Origin: a bacterium | GTDB lineage: Bacteria > Zhuqueibacterota > Zhuqueibacteria > Oceanimicrobiales > Oceanimicrobiaceae | Assembly: GCA_037446635.1 (NCBI GenBank) | Contig: JBBIIG010000016.1 | Location: 14,065 to 78,064 of the forward strand | Length of the DNA stretch: 64,000 nt | Direction of reading: 5' to 3' | Shown here: positions 48,945 through 57,297 of the stretch, one piece after another | Numbering within the stretch: the first letter of the stretch is position 1 | Layout of the letters: each line of letters opens with the position of its first letter | Made by a program: the position numbers and the translations under genes | Notes under the pieces: generated by a model | What the model saw: the letters and a program-made list of their open reading frames with translations, nothing else | Told to the model about the DNA's origin: nothing | Database searches by the model: none

Positions 48945-50264
48945 ATGTTTCAAGAACTTACTGAAAAATTTGAAGACGTTTTCAAGAAGCTGCGCGGGCA
49001 CGGCAAGCTGACGGAGACCAACATCTCCGAAACCATGCGCGAAGTGCGCCGCATTTTGTTGGAAGCCGATGTCAATTTCAAGGTGGCGAAGGACTTTATT
49101 GCCCGGGTGCAGGAACGGGCGCTGGGCCAGGAAGTTTTAAGAAGCATCACGCCGGCGCAGTTGGTCATTAAAATCATTCATGATGAGTTGGTGACGTTGA
49201 TGGGCGCCGCGGATGCGGGGTTGGTATCGCCAAGTTTACCGCCCACCACGATTATGTTGGTGGGATTGCAGGGTTCCGGCAAAACTACGTTGGCCGGCAA
49301 ATTAGCAAAATTTCTTAAAAACAAAGGGCGAAACCCGCTGCTGGTGGCGGCCGATCTTCAACGTCCGGCGGCGGTGGAGCAATTGCAGATAGTGGGTGAA
49401 CAAGCGGGGGTCGACGTGTTCGCTCAAAAAGACAGTACGCCCGTGCAGGTTTGCAGCGACGCGGTGAAATTTGCCCGTAAAGATGGTTTCGACGCCGTCA
49501 TTCTCGATACCGCCGGCCGTTTACACATTGACGAAGAACTGATGGCCGAGCTTTCTCAGATTAAAGAGCAGGCTCACCCACACGAAATTTTGTTCGTCGC
49601 CGACGGCATGACCGGGCAGGATGCGGTCAACACCGCGCAGGAATTCACGCGGCGATTGGATATTACCGGTATCGTATTAACCAAGCTCGATGGCGATGCC
49701 CGCGGCGGCGCGGCGCTCTCCATTCGCGCGGCGACCGGCAAGCCCATTAAATTCATCAGCGTCGGTGAAAAATTAGACGCGCTGGAAAAATTTCACCCCG
49801 AGCGCCTGGCCTCACGCATCTTGGGAATGGGCGACGTGGTTTCGCTGGTGGAAAAGGCCCAGCAGGCGGTGGATGTTGAAAAAGCGCAGAAATTAGAAAA
49901 GAAACTGCGCCGCCAGGAGTTCACGCTGGAAGATTTTTACGATCAGCTTCAGCAAATCAAAAACATGGGGCCGCTGGAAGAGCTGATGCGAATGATTCCC
50001 GGCCTGGGCGGCAAAGCGCTGAAGGGATTGAATGCGGACGAGCGGGCTTTGATCCGTACGGAGGCCATCATCAATTCCATGACGCCAGAGGAGCGCCGCA
50101 AGCCGAATATCATCAACGGCAGCCGGCGCAAACGCATCGCCAACGGCAGCGGCGCCAGCGTGCAGGAAGTGAACAAGCTGTTGAATCAATTCCAAATGAT
50201 GCAAAAGATGATCAAACGAATGAGCAAATTGGGTGGAAGGGGGTTGCCTTTCAGTTTTTCATAA
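48945..50264 (+). CDS. ffh: Signal recognition particle protein
   Basis: GLQGSGKTT, DTAGR, TKLDGDARGGAALS, Met-rich M domain. Confidence 0.97.
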   Translation: MFQELTEKFEDVFKKLRGHGKLTETNISETMREVRRILLEADVNFKVAKDFIARVQERALGQEVLRSITPAQLVIKIIHDELVTLMGAADAGLVSPSLPPTTIMLVGLQGSGKTTLAGKLAKFLKNKGRNPLLVAADLQRPAAVEQLQIVGEQAGVDVFAQKDSTPVQVCSDAVKFARKDGFDAVILDTAGRLHIDEELMAELSQIKEQAHPHEILFVADGMTGQDAVNTAQEFTRRLDITGIVLTKLDGDARGGAALSIRAATGKPIKFISVGEKLDALEKFHPERLASRILGMGDVVSLVEKAQQAVDVEKAQKLEKKLRRQEFTLEDFYDQLQQIKNMGPLEELMRMIPGLGGKALKGLNADERALIRTEAIINSMTPEERRKPNIINGSRRKRIANGSGASVQEVNKLLNQFQMMQKMIKRMSKLGGRGLPFSFS

Positions 50265-50490
50265 ATACGAAAGGCTCAAAAATCCGAAATTCGAAAATCG
50301 AAATTCGAAAACAAATACGAAGCCCAAAATTCAAAACTCTTAAACCGGAAATCAGAAACCAATATGAAAAACCTAAAAAGTAAATTCAAAATGAGAGCAC
50401 TGACTGCGGGTTTCGGTAATTGGTAATTTGAATTCCGGATTTGTTTCGTATTTTGTATTTCGTATTTCGATATCCGAATTTTCGAACTTG
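50265..50490. repeat. Heptamer-based long imperfect inverted repeat
   Basis: aaatccgaaattcgaaaatcgaaattcgaaaacaaatacgaa ... ttcgtattttgtatttcgtatttcgatatccgaattttcga. Confidence 0.7.
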
Positions 50491-50533
50491 AGATTTAAAA
50501 AACATCATCATAACAAATTTAAGGAGGTAAATT

Positions 50534-51052
50534 TTGTCGGTTAAGTTACGCTTACGTCGGATGGGACGAAGAAATCGCCCGTACTATCGCATCGTGGCTA
50601 TCGACTCCAGGGTGGCGCGCGATGGCCGTTATCTCGAAAATCTCGGCACCTACGATCCCCTCGTCCATCCTGCGCAAATCGATTTAAGCGAAGAGCGCGC
50701 CCTTTACTGGCTGCAGAATGGCGCGATTCCTTCGGATACCGTGAAAAGTTTTCTCAGAAAGAAAGGGGTTCTTTTCAAACTGCATCTGATGCAGCAGGGG
50801 GTGGACGGCGCGACCATTGAAGAGGAATTCAAAAAATGGCAAGTGCAGCAGTTAGAGAAACAAAAACGCCAGGAAGCGCTGCTGGAACAAAAGAAGCGCG
50901 AATCCAAAAAGAAAAAAACGGCGGAGCCGAAAGCTGAGGCGCAAGGGGAAGCCCCGGCTGCCGCGGAAGCTGCGCCACCAAGTGCTACCGTCGAGGCTGT
51001 TCAGGAGACAGCAGCCGAAACGACGGCCGCAGAAGATACTCAGAAAAACTAA
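50534..51052 (+). CDS. rpsP: 30S ribosomal protein S16 with long C-terminal extension
   Basis: VKLRLRRMG..PYYRIVAIDSR..RDG..LGTYDP; TTG start after AAGGAGG. Confidence 0.95.
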   Translation: MSVKLRLRRMGRRNRPYYRIVAIDSRVARDGRYLENLGTYDPLVHPAQIDLSEERALYWLQNGAIPSDTVKSFLRKKGVLFKLHLMQQGVDGATIEEEFKKWQVQQLEKQKRQEALLEQKKRESKKKKTAEPKAEAQGEAPAAAEAAPPSATVEAVQETAAETTAAEDTQKN

Positions 51053-51151
51053 CATCGCTTTACAGCCTTAGAGTCAAAGGGGCAGCAGAAGTCGCTGGTT
51101 CTTTTATTTTTGTTCACGGGTGTGGATAGCAATTCAAATGGAGGTGAGACC

Positions 51152-51382
51152 ATGAAGGAGTTCATCGAATTCATTGTCAAGCACTTGGTGGATTACCCCG
51201 ATAAAGTCGTCGTCAACGAGATCGACGGCGAACGTACAATCGTTTTCGAGCTGCGGGTGGGACAGGGCGATATGGGTAAGGTTATCGGCAGAAGAGGACA
51301 AACGGCGCGGGCGCTGCGCACGCTGCTGGCGGCGGCCTCCGCCAAAATGGGCAAACGCTCGGTTCTCGAAATTCTTGAGTGA
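51152..51382 (+). CDS. khpA: KH-domain RNA-binding protein
   Basis: [18 protein letters not shown]; position between rpsP and rimM. Confidence 0.88.
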   Translation: MKEFIEFIVKHLVDYPDKVVVNEIDGERTIVFELRVGQGDMGKVIGRRGQTARALRTLLAAASAKMGKRSVLEILE

Positions 51383-51905
51383 TTTGAAACCAGAGTTTCC
51401 GGATTACATCATTGTCGGCGAGGTGGTGCGCGCCCACGGCGTTCGTGGGGGAGTTAAAGTTAAACCCATTAGTGATTTTCCGCACCGTTTTAGCCAATTA
51501 AAAAAAGTCGTCGTTGAGATGCCGAGGGGACCAACGACAGAGTTAGAAATCGTCAGCGCCGCCGTCAGGAAAAATTTTGTGTTTTTGACTTTATCCGGCA
51601 TCGACAGTCGAGAAAAAGCGCAGGCGCTGCAGGGCGGCTTCTTAAAAATTCCCTCCGCCCAAGCCGCTCCGCTGGCCGACGATGAGTTTTACCACTTCGA
51701 GGTCATCGGCTTCGAGGTGCAGACCACGGCGGCGCAATCGTTGGGGCTTGTGGAAGAAGTGCTGGCTCTTCCCGCCAACGATGTTTTGGTGGTGCAAGCG
51801 AATGAGCGCGAGTATCTCATTCCAGTGATTAAAGACGTCATCAAAAAAATCGATCGCCCGGCGCGGCGGATTACCATCGAAGCGATCGCCGGACTGCTTG
51901 ATTAG
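51375..51905 (+). CDS. rimM: Ribosome maturation factor RimM (start approximate)
   Basis: [31 protein letters not shown]. Confidence 0.92.
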   Translation: MSDLKPEFPDYIIVGEVVRAHGVRGGVKVKPISDFPHRFSQLKKVVVEMPRGPTTELEIVSAAVRKNFVFLTLSGIDSREKAQALQGGFLKIPSAQAAPLADDEFYHFEVIGFEVQTTAAQSLGLVEEVLALPANDVLVVQANEREYLIPVIKDVIKKIDRPARRITIEAIAGLLD

Positions 51906-51910
51906 TTACA

Positions 51911-52603
51911 ATGAAGATTTTTATCGTTACCGCTTTTCCTGGATTTTTCGACGGCCCGCTCAGCGAGAGCATCATCAAGCGCGCCCGCGAAAATAAAATC
52001 GTCGAAATCGAATGCTACGATTTGCGGGATTTCGCCAGCGACAAACATCGGCAGGTTGATGACTATCCCTACGGCGGCGGCCCGGGGATGATCCTCAAAC
52101 CCGAGCCCTTTTTCAAAGCGGTGCAGCATATAACTGATACCAGGAAATTAATCAACCCCGAGATCATCCTCACGACGCCGCAGGGAAAAACTTACAACCA
52201 GCAAACGGCGAAAGCTCTGGCCTTGAAAAAAGAGATGATTTTGCTTTGTGGACATTACAAAGGCGTGGATGAACGCGTTCGCGAGTATCTCGCCACCGAT
52301 GAGATTTCCATCGGCGATTACATTCTCTCCGGCGGCGAGCTGGCAGCAATGGTGATCGTGGATTCGGTGGTGCGGCTTTTGCCGGGCGCCATCGGCGATT
52401 TCGATTCCGCCAAAAGCGATTCCTTCGAGGACGGTTTGTTAGAAGGACCGCAATATACCCGCCCGGAAAATCTGAACGGCATGAAAGTGCCGGAGGTTTT
52501 GCTCTCCGGCCATCACGCCGAAATTGAAAAATGGCGAAAAGAACAATCGCTGCGGCGCACTCGAGAGCGCCGCAGCGATCTTTTGCAGATAAATAACGAA
52601 TAA
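51911..52603 (+). CDS. trmD: tRNA (guanine37-N1)-methyltransferase
   Basis: [43 protein letters not shown]. Confidence 0.96.
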   Translation: MKIFIVTAFPGFFDGPLSESIIKRARENKIVEIECYDLRDFASDKHRQVDDYPYGGGPGMILKPEPFFKAVQHITDTRKLINPEIILTTPQGKTYNQQTAKALALKKEMILLCGHYKGVDERVREYLATDEISIGDYILSGGELAAMVIVDSVVRLLPGAIGDFDSAKSDSFEDGLLEGPQYTRPENLNGMKVPEVLLSGHHAEIEKWRKEQSLRRTRERRSDLLQINNE

Positions 52604-52632
52604 GCTAAACAGAAAAGAGCGGAGGTAGTTTC

Positions 52633-52974
52633 ATGCATAAAATGGATTCATTGCTGGCCGGGGAATTAAAAACCGATCTTCCCGATTTCGGCCCCGGCGA
52701 CACCGTGGCCGTGCATACTAAAGTCGTTGAGGGCGACAAGGAGCGCGTACAGGTTTTTGAGGGCATCGTGATCAAAAGAAAAGGCGAAGGCGTCAACACG
52801 ACGTTCACGGTGCGCAAAATTTCCAACGGCGTTGGGGTGGAGAGAATTTTTCCGCTGCACTCGCCCAATATCGAAAAAATTATTAAGCTCAAATCCGGCC
52901 ACGTCCGGCGCGCGAAGCTCTACTACCTCCGCGACTTGACCGGCAAAGCGGCGCGCATCACCGAAAAGAAATAG
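52633..52974 (+). CDS. rplS: 50S ribosomal protein L19
   Basis: [31 protein letters not shown]. Confidence 0.97.
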   Translation: MHKMDSLLAGELKTDLPDFGPGDTVAVHTKVVEGDKERVQVFEGIVIKRKGEGVNTTFTVRKISNGVGVERIFPLHSPNIEKIIKLKSGHVRRAKLYYLRDLTGKAARITEKK

Positions 52975-53031
52975 CGGTGATAAAGCGATTGCTCGAAAAG
53001 CGCCGACTTTTTTATAATCGTTAAAAGATGC

Positions 53032-53060
53032 TTGACATTGCCGTCGAGAATTTGTATTTT
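53032..53060 (+). promoter_or_regulatory. Sigma70-type promoter
   Basis: TTGACA-N17-TATTTT. Confidence 0.55.
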
Positions 53061-53135
53061 CATCGCGTTTATTTTTCCTGCTGCCTCTTTCTAATCCAAT
53101 TGTCACTCTCCAACTAACTCATTGGAGGGGTTGCG

Positions 53136-53582
53136 ATGCGACTCAGAACGGTAAAAGTCGAAAACCCGGACGGATTGAATATCATTATGGGGCAGTCGCG
53201 CGTTATCCGCACCGTCGATGAAATTTACGAGGCGCTGGTCGGCGCGATCCCCGGCATTCGCTTCGGCGTCGCGTTTAACGAAGGCGCAGGCGAACCGGAA
53301 GTGGTAAGATTCTCCGGAACGGATAAATCGCTGGTGGAATTGGCCAAACGCAATGCTCTCAACATCGGCGCCAATCACCTCTTCGTCCTCCTCACTCAAA
53401 ACGCTTTTCCGATCACTGTGATGAAAAGCTTGAAAGCAATTTCGGATATTTCCGAGATTTATTGCGCCACCGATAACGCAGTGGAAGTTATTGTGGTGGA
53501 CAGCGACCACGGCCGCGGCGTGATGGGGTTGGTGGACGATCAGGTGGCCGTCGCTCGCCAACGGGCGGCGCCAAACCTCTAA
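53136..53582 (+). CDS. Adenosine-specific kinase / AMP-transferase family (DUF355-like)
   Basis: NIIMGQS, FGVAFNE, IYCATDNAVEVIV, GRGVMGLVD. Confidence 0.75.
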   Translation: MRLRTVKVENPDGLNIIMGQSRVIRTVDEIYEALVGAIPGIRFGVAFNEGAGEPEVVRFSGTDKSLVELAKRNALNIGANHLFVLLTQNAFPITVMKSLKAISDISEIYCATDNAVEVIVVDSDHGRGVMGLVDDQVAVARQRAAPNL

Positions 53583-53601
53583 AGCCGATTATCTCAATTT
53601 T

Positions 53602-53632
53602 AAAAACCCTCTATTCTGTTGGAGGGTTTTTT
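53602..53632 (+). terminator. Rho-independent terminator
   Basis: aaaaaccctc ... gagggtttttt. Confidence 0.7.
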
Positions 53633-53644
53633 CATTTTCAGTCG

Positions 53645-55246
53645 ATGACGCCCTTTTATAATTTTGCGAAATTGTGCGACCAGCTCGCCGCTGCCAGTAA
53701 AAAGTTGGAGAAAATATCCCAGCTTGCGGATTTTCTTCTTCGCTTGCACGATGATGAATTACGCGCGGCGCCGCTCTTCATTTTAGGAAAAGCCTTCCCG
53801 GATTACGATTCCCGCACCCTCGATGTGAGCTGGCGCACTTTGCAGCGGGTTTCGGAAAATTTGGGTGAGGGCAATTCTGCTCACGCACTTTCGTTGTTAG
53901 AAGTCGCCGACTACTTCTCAAGAATCGCGCAGATCAGCGGCAAAGGCTCGCGCCAAAAAATTGACGAGCTGCTCACGGAGATGCTTTTACGAGCTGATGA
54001 TTTTGAACGAAAATGTCTGTTCAAAATCATATTTGGTGAAATGCGCATTGGGGTTGCGGAAGGGGTTTTGCTGGAGAGCATCGCCCGCGCCGCCAGCGCG
54101 CCATTGGAGTTGGTGCGCCGCGCCAACATGTATTTGGGCGATCCCGGCGAAGTAGCGTTCGTGGCGTTGCGCAATGGGCGCGATGGCCTCGCCGGAATCA
54201 ATCTGCAATTGTTTAGGCCGGTGCAGCCGATGCTGGCCGAGCTGGCGGAAGATTTTTCAAAAGTCTTCAAAGAGCACGGCGGGCGAACTTCATTAGAATT
54301 TAAATTTGACGGCGCGCGTGTGCAAATTCACAAACGCGGCGATCGGGTTCGAATCTACAGCCGTCACTTAAGTGACGTGACTGGCAGCCTGCCCGACGTC
54401 ATTGCAATTGTTTGCCGCGGCCTGCGAGCCGAACGCGCCATGGTTGAAGGCGAAGTGGTGGCCGTCGGCCGCGACGGCAAACCGTTGCCGTTTCAAGAAT
54501 TGATGCGGCGCTTCCGTCGGGTTCATAGCATAAACGAAATTCAAAAAGAAGTACCGGTAAAACTTTTTCTTTTTGATCTATTATTGCATGAAGGTGATCC
54601 GCACGTGGATTCAACGTACGAGCGGCGGTGGAGCATTCTGAGCGAGATTACTGATCCCGATCTACTGGTCAATCGTCTGATTACCTCCGACGAGCGCGAA
54701 GCCAAAGCATTTTTGCAATCGGCCCTCGAACAGGGACACGAAGGTTTGATGGCGAAAAAATTAGACAGTGAATATACCCCCGGCTCGCGCGGCAAGCGCT
54801 GGTTCAAAATTAAACCGGCGGAGACGTTGGATTTAGTGATCACCGCCGCGGAGTGGGGCAGCGGCCGGCGCGTGGGCTGGCTCTCGAACTATCATCTCGC
54901 CGCCCGTGATGAGGACACCGGCGAATTCATGATGTTAGGCAAAACCTTCAAAGGCCTGACTGACGAGCAATTCAAATGGATGACCAGTAAACTGCAAAGT
55001 CTCAAAATTCACGAAGATCGCTACACCGTTTATGTGAAGCCGGAGTTGGTAGTCGAAGTGGCGTACAACGAAATTCAACGCAGTCCGCATTACAACTCCA
55101 AATTCGCGCTGCGCTTCGCCCGCATCAAACGCATTCGCGAGGACAAAACGCCGGCGCAAGCCGACACGATGACGCGCGTGCGAAAATTGTTCGAACAGCA
55201 ATTCGCGCGCAAGGCTGAAACCGCGGAGAGGACGAAGTTTAAGTGA
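53645..55246 (+). CDS. ATP-dependent DNA ligase (LigB/archaeal type)
   Basis: EFKFDGAR (KxDG), EGE, FDLL, EGLMAK, WFKIK, LRFARI. Confidence 0.93.
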   Translation: MTPFYNFAKLCDQLAAASKKLEKISQLADFLLRLHDDELRAAPLFILGKAFPDYDSRTLDVSWRTLQRVSENLGEGNSAHALSLLEVADYFSRIAQISGKGSRQKIDELLTEMLLRADDFERKCLFKIIFGEMRIGVAEGVLLESIARAASAPLELVRRANMYLGDPGEVAFVALRNGRDGLAGINLQLFRPVQPMLAELAEDFSKVFKEHGGRTSLEFKFDGARVQIHKRGDRVRIYSRHLSDVTGSLPDVIAIVCRGLRAERAMVEGEVVAVGRDGKPLPFQELMRRFRRVHSINEIQKEVPVKLFLFDLLLHEGDPHVDSTYERRWSILSEITDPDLLVNRLITSDEREAKAFLQSALEQGHEGLMAKKLDSEYTPGSRGKRWFKIKPAETLDLVITAAEWGSGRRVGWLSNYHLAARDEDTGEFMMLGKTFKGLTDEQFKWMTSKLQSLKIHEDRYTVYVKPELVVEVAYNEIQRSPHYNSKFALRFARIKRIREDKTPAQADTMTRVRKLFEQQFARKAETAERTKFK

Positions 55247-55297
55247 GCGGCATGTTCGACGGCTCGCTTGCAAAAAATTTGTATTGACGAAGTGCAG

Positions 55298-55768
55298 ATG
55301 CTCATCAAAATCCTCACCGTTGGCAAAACCAAATCCCGCCACTGGCAATTGGCCGAAGCGGAGTACATTCAGCGGATTCAAAAGCATTCGGAAGTGCAGC
55401 AAGCCACCGTCAAAGATGCGGCGCGCGCGGCCATGAGCAATCCGGAGCTGGCCAAAGAAGCTGAGGGAAAGAATTTACTCGCGAAAATTTCAGCCGATGA
55501 GTATGTGGTGGCGTTGGATGCCAGCGGTCGGCAAATATCGTCTGAGCAGTTCGCCGAATTTTTCCACACTCAGATGCTGCGCGGGGTGAGCAAGTTTGCA
55601 TTTGTGATCGGCGGGCCGCTGGGACTTTCTCCGCAAGTTTTGAAGAAAGCTGGTATGGTACTATCTCTTTCAAAAATGACGCTGCCGCACGAGCTGGCGA
55701 AGGTCGTTTTAGTAGAGCAGATTTACCGGGCATTTTCTATTTTGCGAAATGAGAAATATCACAAATGA
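55298..55768 (+). CDS. rlmH: 23S rRNA (pseudouridine1915-N3)-methyltransferase
   Basis: VGK, FVIGGPLG, LSLSKMTLPH, EQIYRA, YHK. Confidence 0.95.
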   Translation: MLIKILTVGKTKSRHWQLAEAEYIQRIQKHSEVQQATVKDAARAAMSNPELAKEAEGKNLLAKISADEYVVALDASGRQISSEQFAEFFHTQMLRGVSKFAFVIGGPLGLSPQVLKKAGMVLSLSKMTLPHELAKVVLVEQIYRAFSILRNEKYHK

Positions 55769-55776
55769 ATCCCATT

Positions 55777-55809
55777 ACGTTTACTAAACCTTTAAGGTTT
55801 AGTAAACGC
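55777..55809. repeat. 33-bp nested palindrome (15-3-15)
   Basis: acgtttactaaacct-tta-aggtttagtaaacgc. Confidence 0.8.
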
Positions 55810-55827
55810 GGGGTTGGAAATTATTCT

Positions 55828-55856
55828 TTGATTTTCAATTTACGTCTCTCTATATT
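55828..55856 (+). promoter_or_regulatory. Sigma70-type promoter for ispH
   Basis: TTGATT-N17-TATATT. Confidence 0.6.
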
Positions 55857-55865
55857 TACGTCGAT

Positions 55866-57098
55866 ATGATCGAAGCTTTGGAAGAAAAAAATAGCGCCTC
55901 CCAATTTTATCAAAAAGGATTGGGACTCAAAAAAGAAGTCGCGGACATTCTCAAGCGCGACTACCACAGCCGACTTGTGGAGGAAATCCGCGCGCGGGAT
56001 TTTCGCTTACAGGTTGATGGTGTGACTATTTTTCTTGCGCGGGAATTTGGATTCTGCTATGGCGTCGATCGCGCGGTCGATTACGCCTACCAAACCCGCG
56101 AAAAATTTCCGGACCGCCGCATCTTTTTGACGGGAGAGATTATTCACAATCCGCACGTCAACCAGCGGCTCATTGAAATGGGCATCCAATTTCTAAGCGG
56201 GCAATACAGCAACGGCACCACTCTCGAAGATTTGACTCCACAAGACGTGGTGATTTTGCCGGCCTTCGGGGTTTCGGTTGGCCAGTTCAGGGAGCTGCAG
56301 AAACTTGGCTGCATTTTAGTGGACACCACCTGCGGCTCGGTGCTCAATGTTTGGAAGCGGGTGGAGTTTTATGCGCGAAGCGGTTACACCTCGATCATTC
56401 ACGGCAAATATTTTCATGAAGAAACTATTGCTACCAGCTCGCAGGCGCTGAAATATCCCGGCGGCAAATACCTCATCGTGCGCAACATGGAAGAGGCGCT
56501 AATCGTGTGCGACTACATTTTGCATCGCGGCGACAAAGAAAAACTGATGAGCCAATTTGCAAAAGCACTTTCCCCGAATTTTGATCCCGATCGCGATCTC
56601 GACAAAATCGGCGTTGCCAATCAGACGACCATGCTCAGCAACGAGTCGCTGGCCATTGCCGAAGAATTCAAAAAAGTAATGCTCAAAAAATTTGGCGCCG
56701 AAAATCTCGACGCCCATTTTCAGAATTTCGACACCATTTGCAGCGCCACCCAGGAACGGCAGGACGCGGTGCTCGACATGGTTCAGAAAAACAAGTTGGA
56801 CATGATGCTGGTCATCGGCGGTTACAATAGCAGCAACACCAACCACCTCGCGGTGATGGCGTCTCAGCATTGCCCGACGTTTCATATCGACGATCCAGCG
56901 TGCATGATCAGCGCCGATGAAATTCGCCACAAGCAAATCGGCGGCTCAGAAATCGTCACCACTCGTGACTGGCTTCGGGATAGCAATTTGAAAATCGGGA
57001 TGACCGCCGGCGCCTCGACCCCCAACAACAAAATTGGCGAAGCGATCGCGAAATTGCTGACCCTGCGCGGCATCGATGTTGAGGCGATATTCAACTAA
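55866..57098 (+). CDS. ispH: 4-hydroxy-3-methylbut-2-enyl diphosphate reductase (long, cyanobacterial/plant-like N-terminus)
   Basis: FGFCYGV, IIHNP, DTTC, HEET, NQTTM, TICSATQERQ, SSNT, TAGASTP. Confidence 0.95.
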   Translation: MIEALEEKNSASQFYQKGLGLKKEVADILKRDYHSRLVEEIRARDFRLQVDGVTIFLAREFGFCYGVDRAVDYAYQTREKFPDRRIFLTGEIIHNPHVNQRLIEMGIQFLSGQYSNGTTLEDLTPQDVVILPAFGVSVGQFRELQKLGCILVDTTCGSVLNVWKRVEFYARSGYTSIIHGKYFHEETIATSSQALKYPGGKYLIVRNMEEALIVCDYILHRGDKEKLMSQFAKALSPNFDPDRDLDKIGVANQTTMLSNESLAIAEEFKKVMLKKFGAENLDAHFQNFDTICSATQERQDAVLDMVQKNKLDMMLVIGGYNSSNTNHLAVMASQHCPTFHIDDPACMISADEIRHKQIGGSEIVTTRDWLRDSNLKIGMTAGASTPNNKIGEAIAKLLTLRGIDVEAIFN

Positions 57099-57125
57099 AT
57101 TTTTTTTATGATTTTCGATTAGAGT

Positions 57126-57160
57126 AAAAAGGCAAGTAGTGAGACTGCTTGCCTTTTTGT
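57126..57160 (+). terminator. Rho-independent terminator
   Basis: aaaaaggcaagtag-tgaga-ctgcttgccttttt. Confidence 0.8.
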
Positions 57161-57175
57161 TTTTTGGGTGATATT

Positions 57176-57280
57176 CTCCTCCCCCAAATTCCGTTTTTTG
57201 GGAATTTGGGGGAGGCCGGGAGGGGGTCTGACCCCCACCTGGCCTCCCCCATTTTCGCTTTTCAAAAATGGGGGAGGAAC
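57176..57280. repeat. Inverted pair of GC-rich hairpin repeats (CTCCCCC...GGGGGAGG type)
   Basis: ctcccccaaattcc..ggaatttgggggaggccgggagggg followed by an inverted related copy. Confidence 0.7.
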
Positions 57281-57297
57281 TTTTCGTAAGAAAAACC

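Noticed and set aside
50780..51052. S16 C-terminal Lys/Glu/Ala-rich extension as a novelty
   Set aside because: Long S16 tails are known in Bacteroidota and other lineages.
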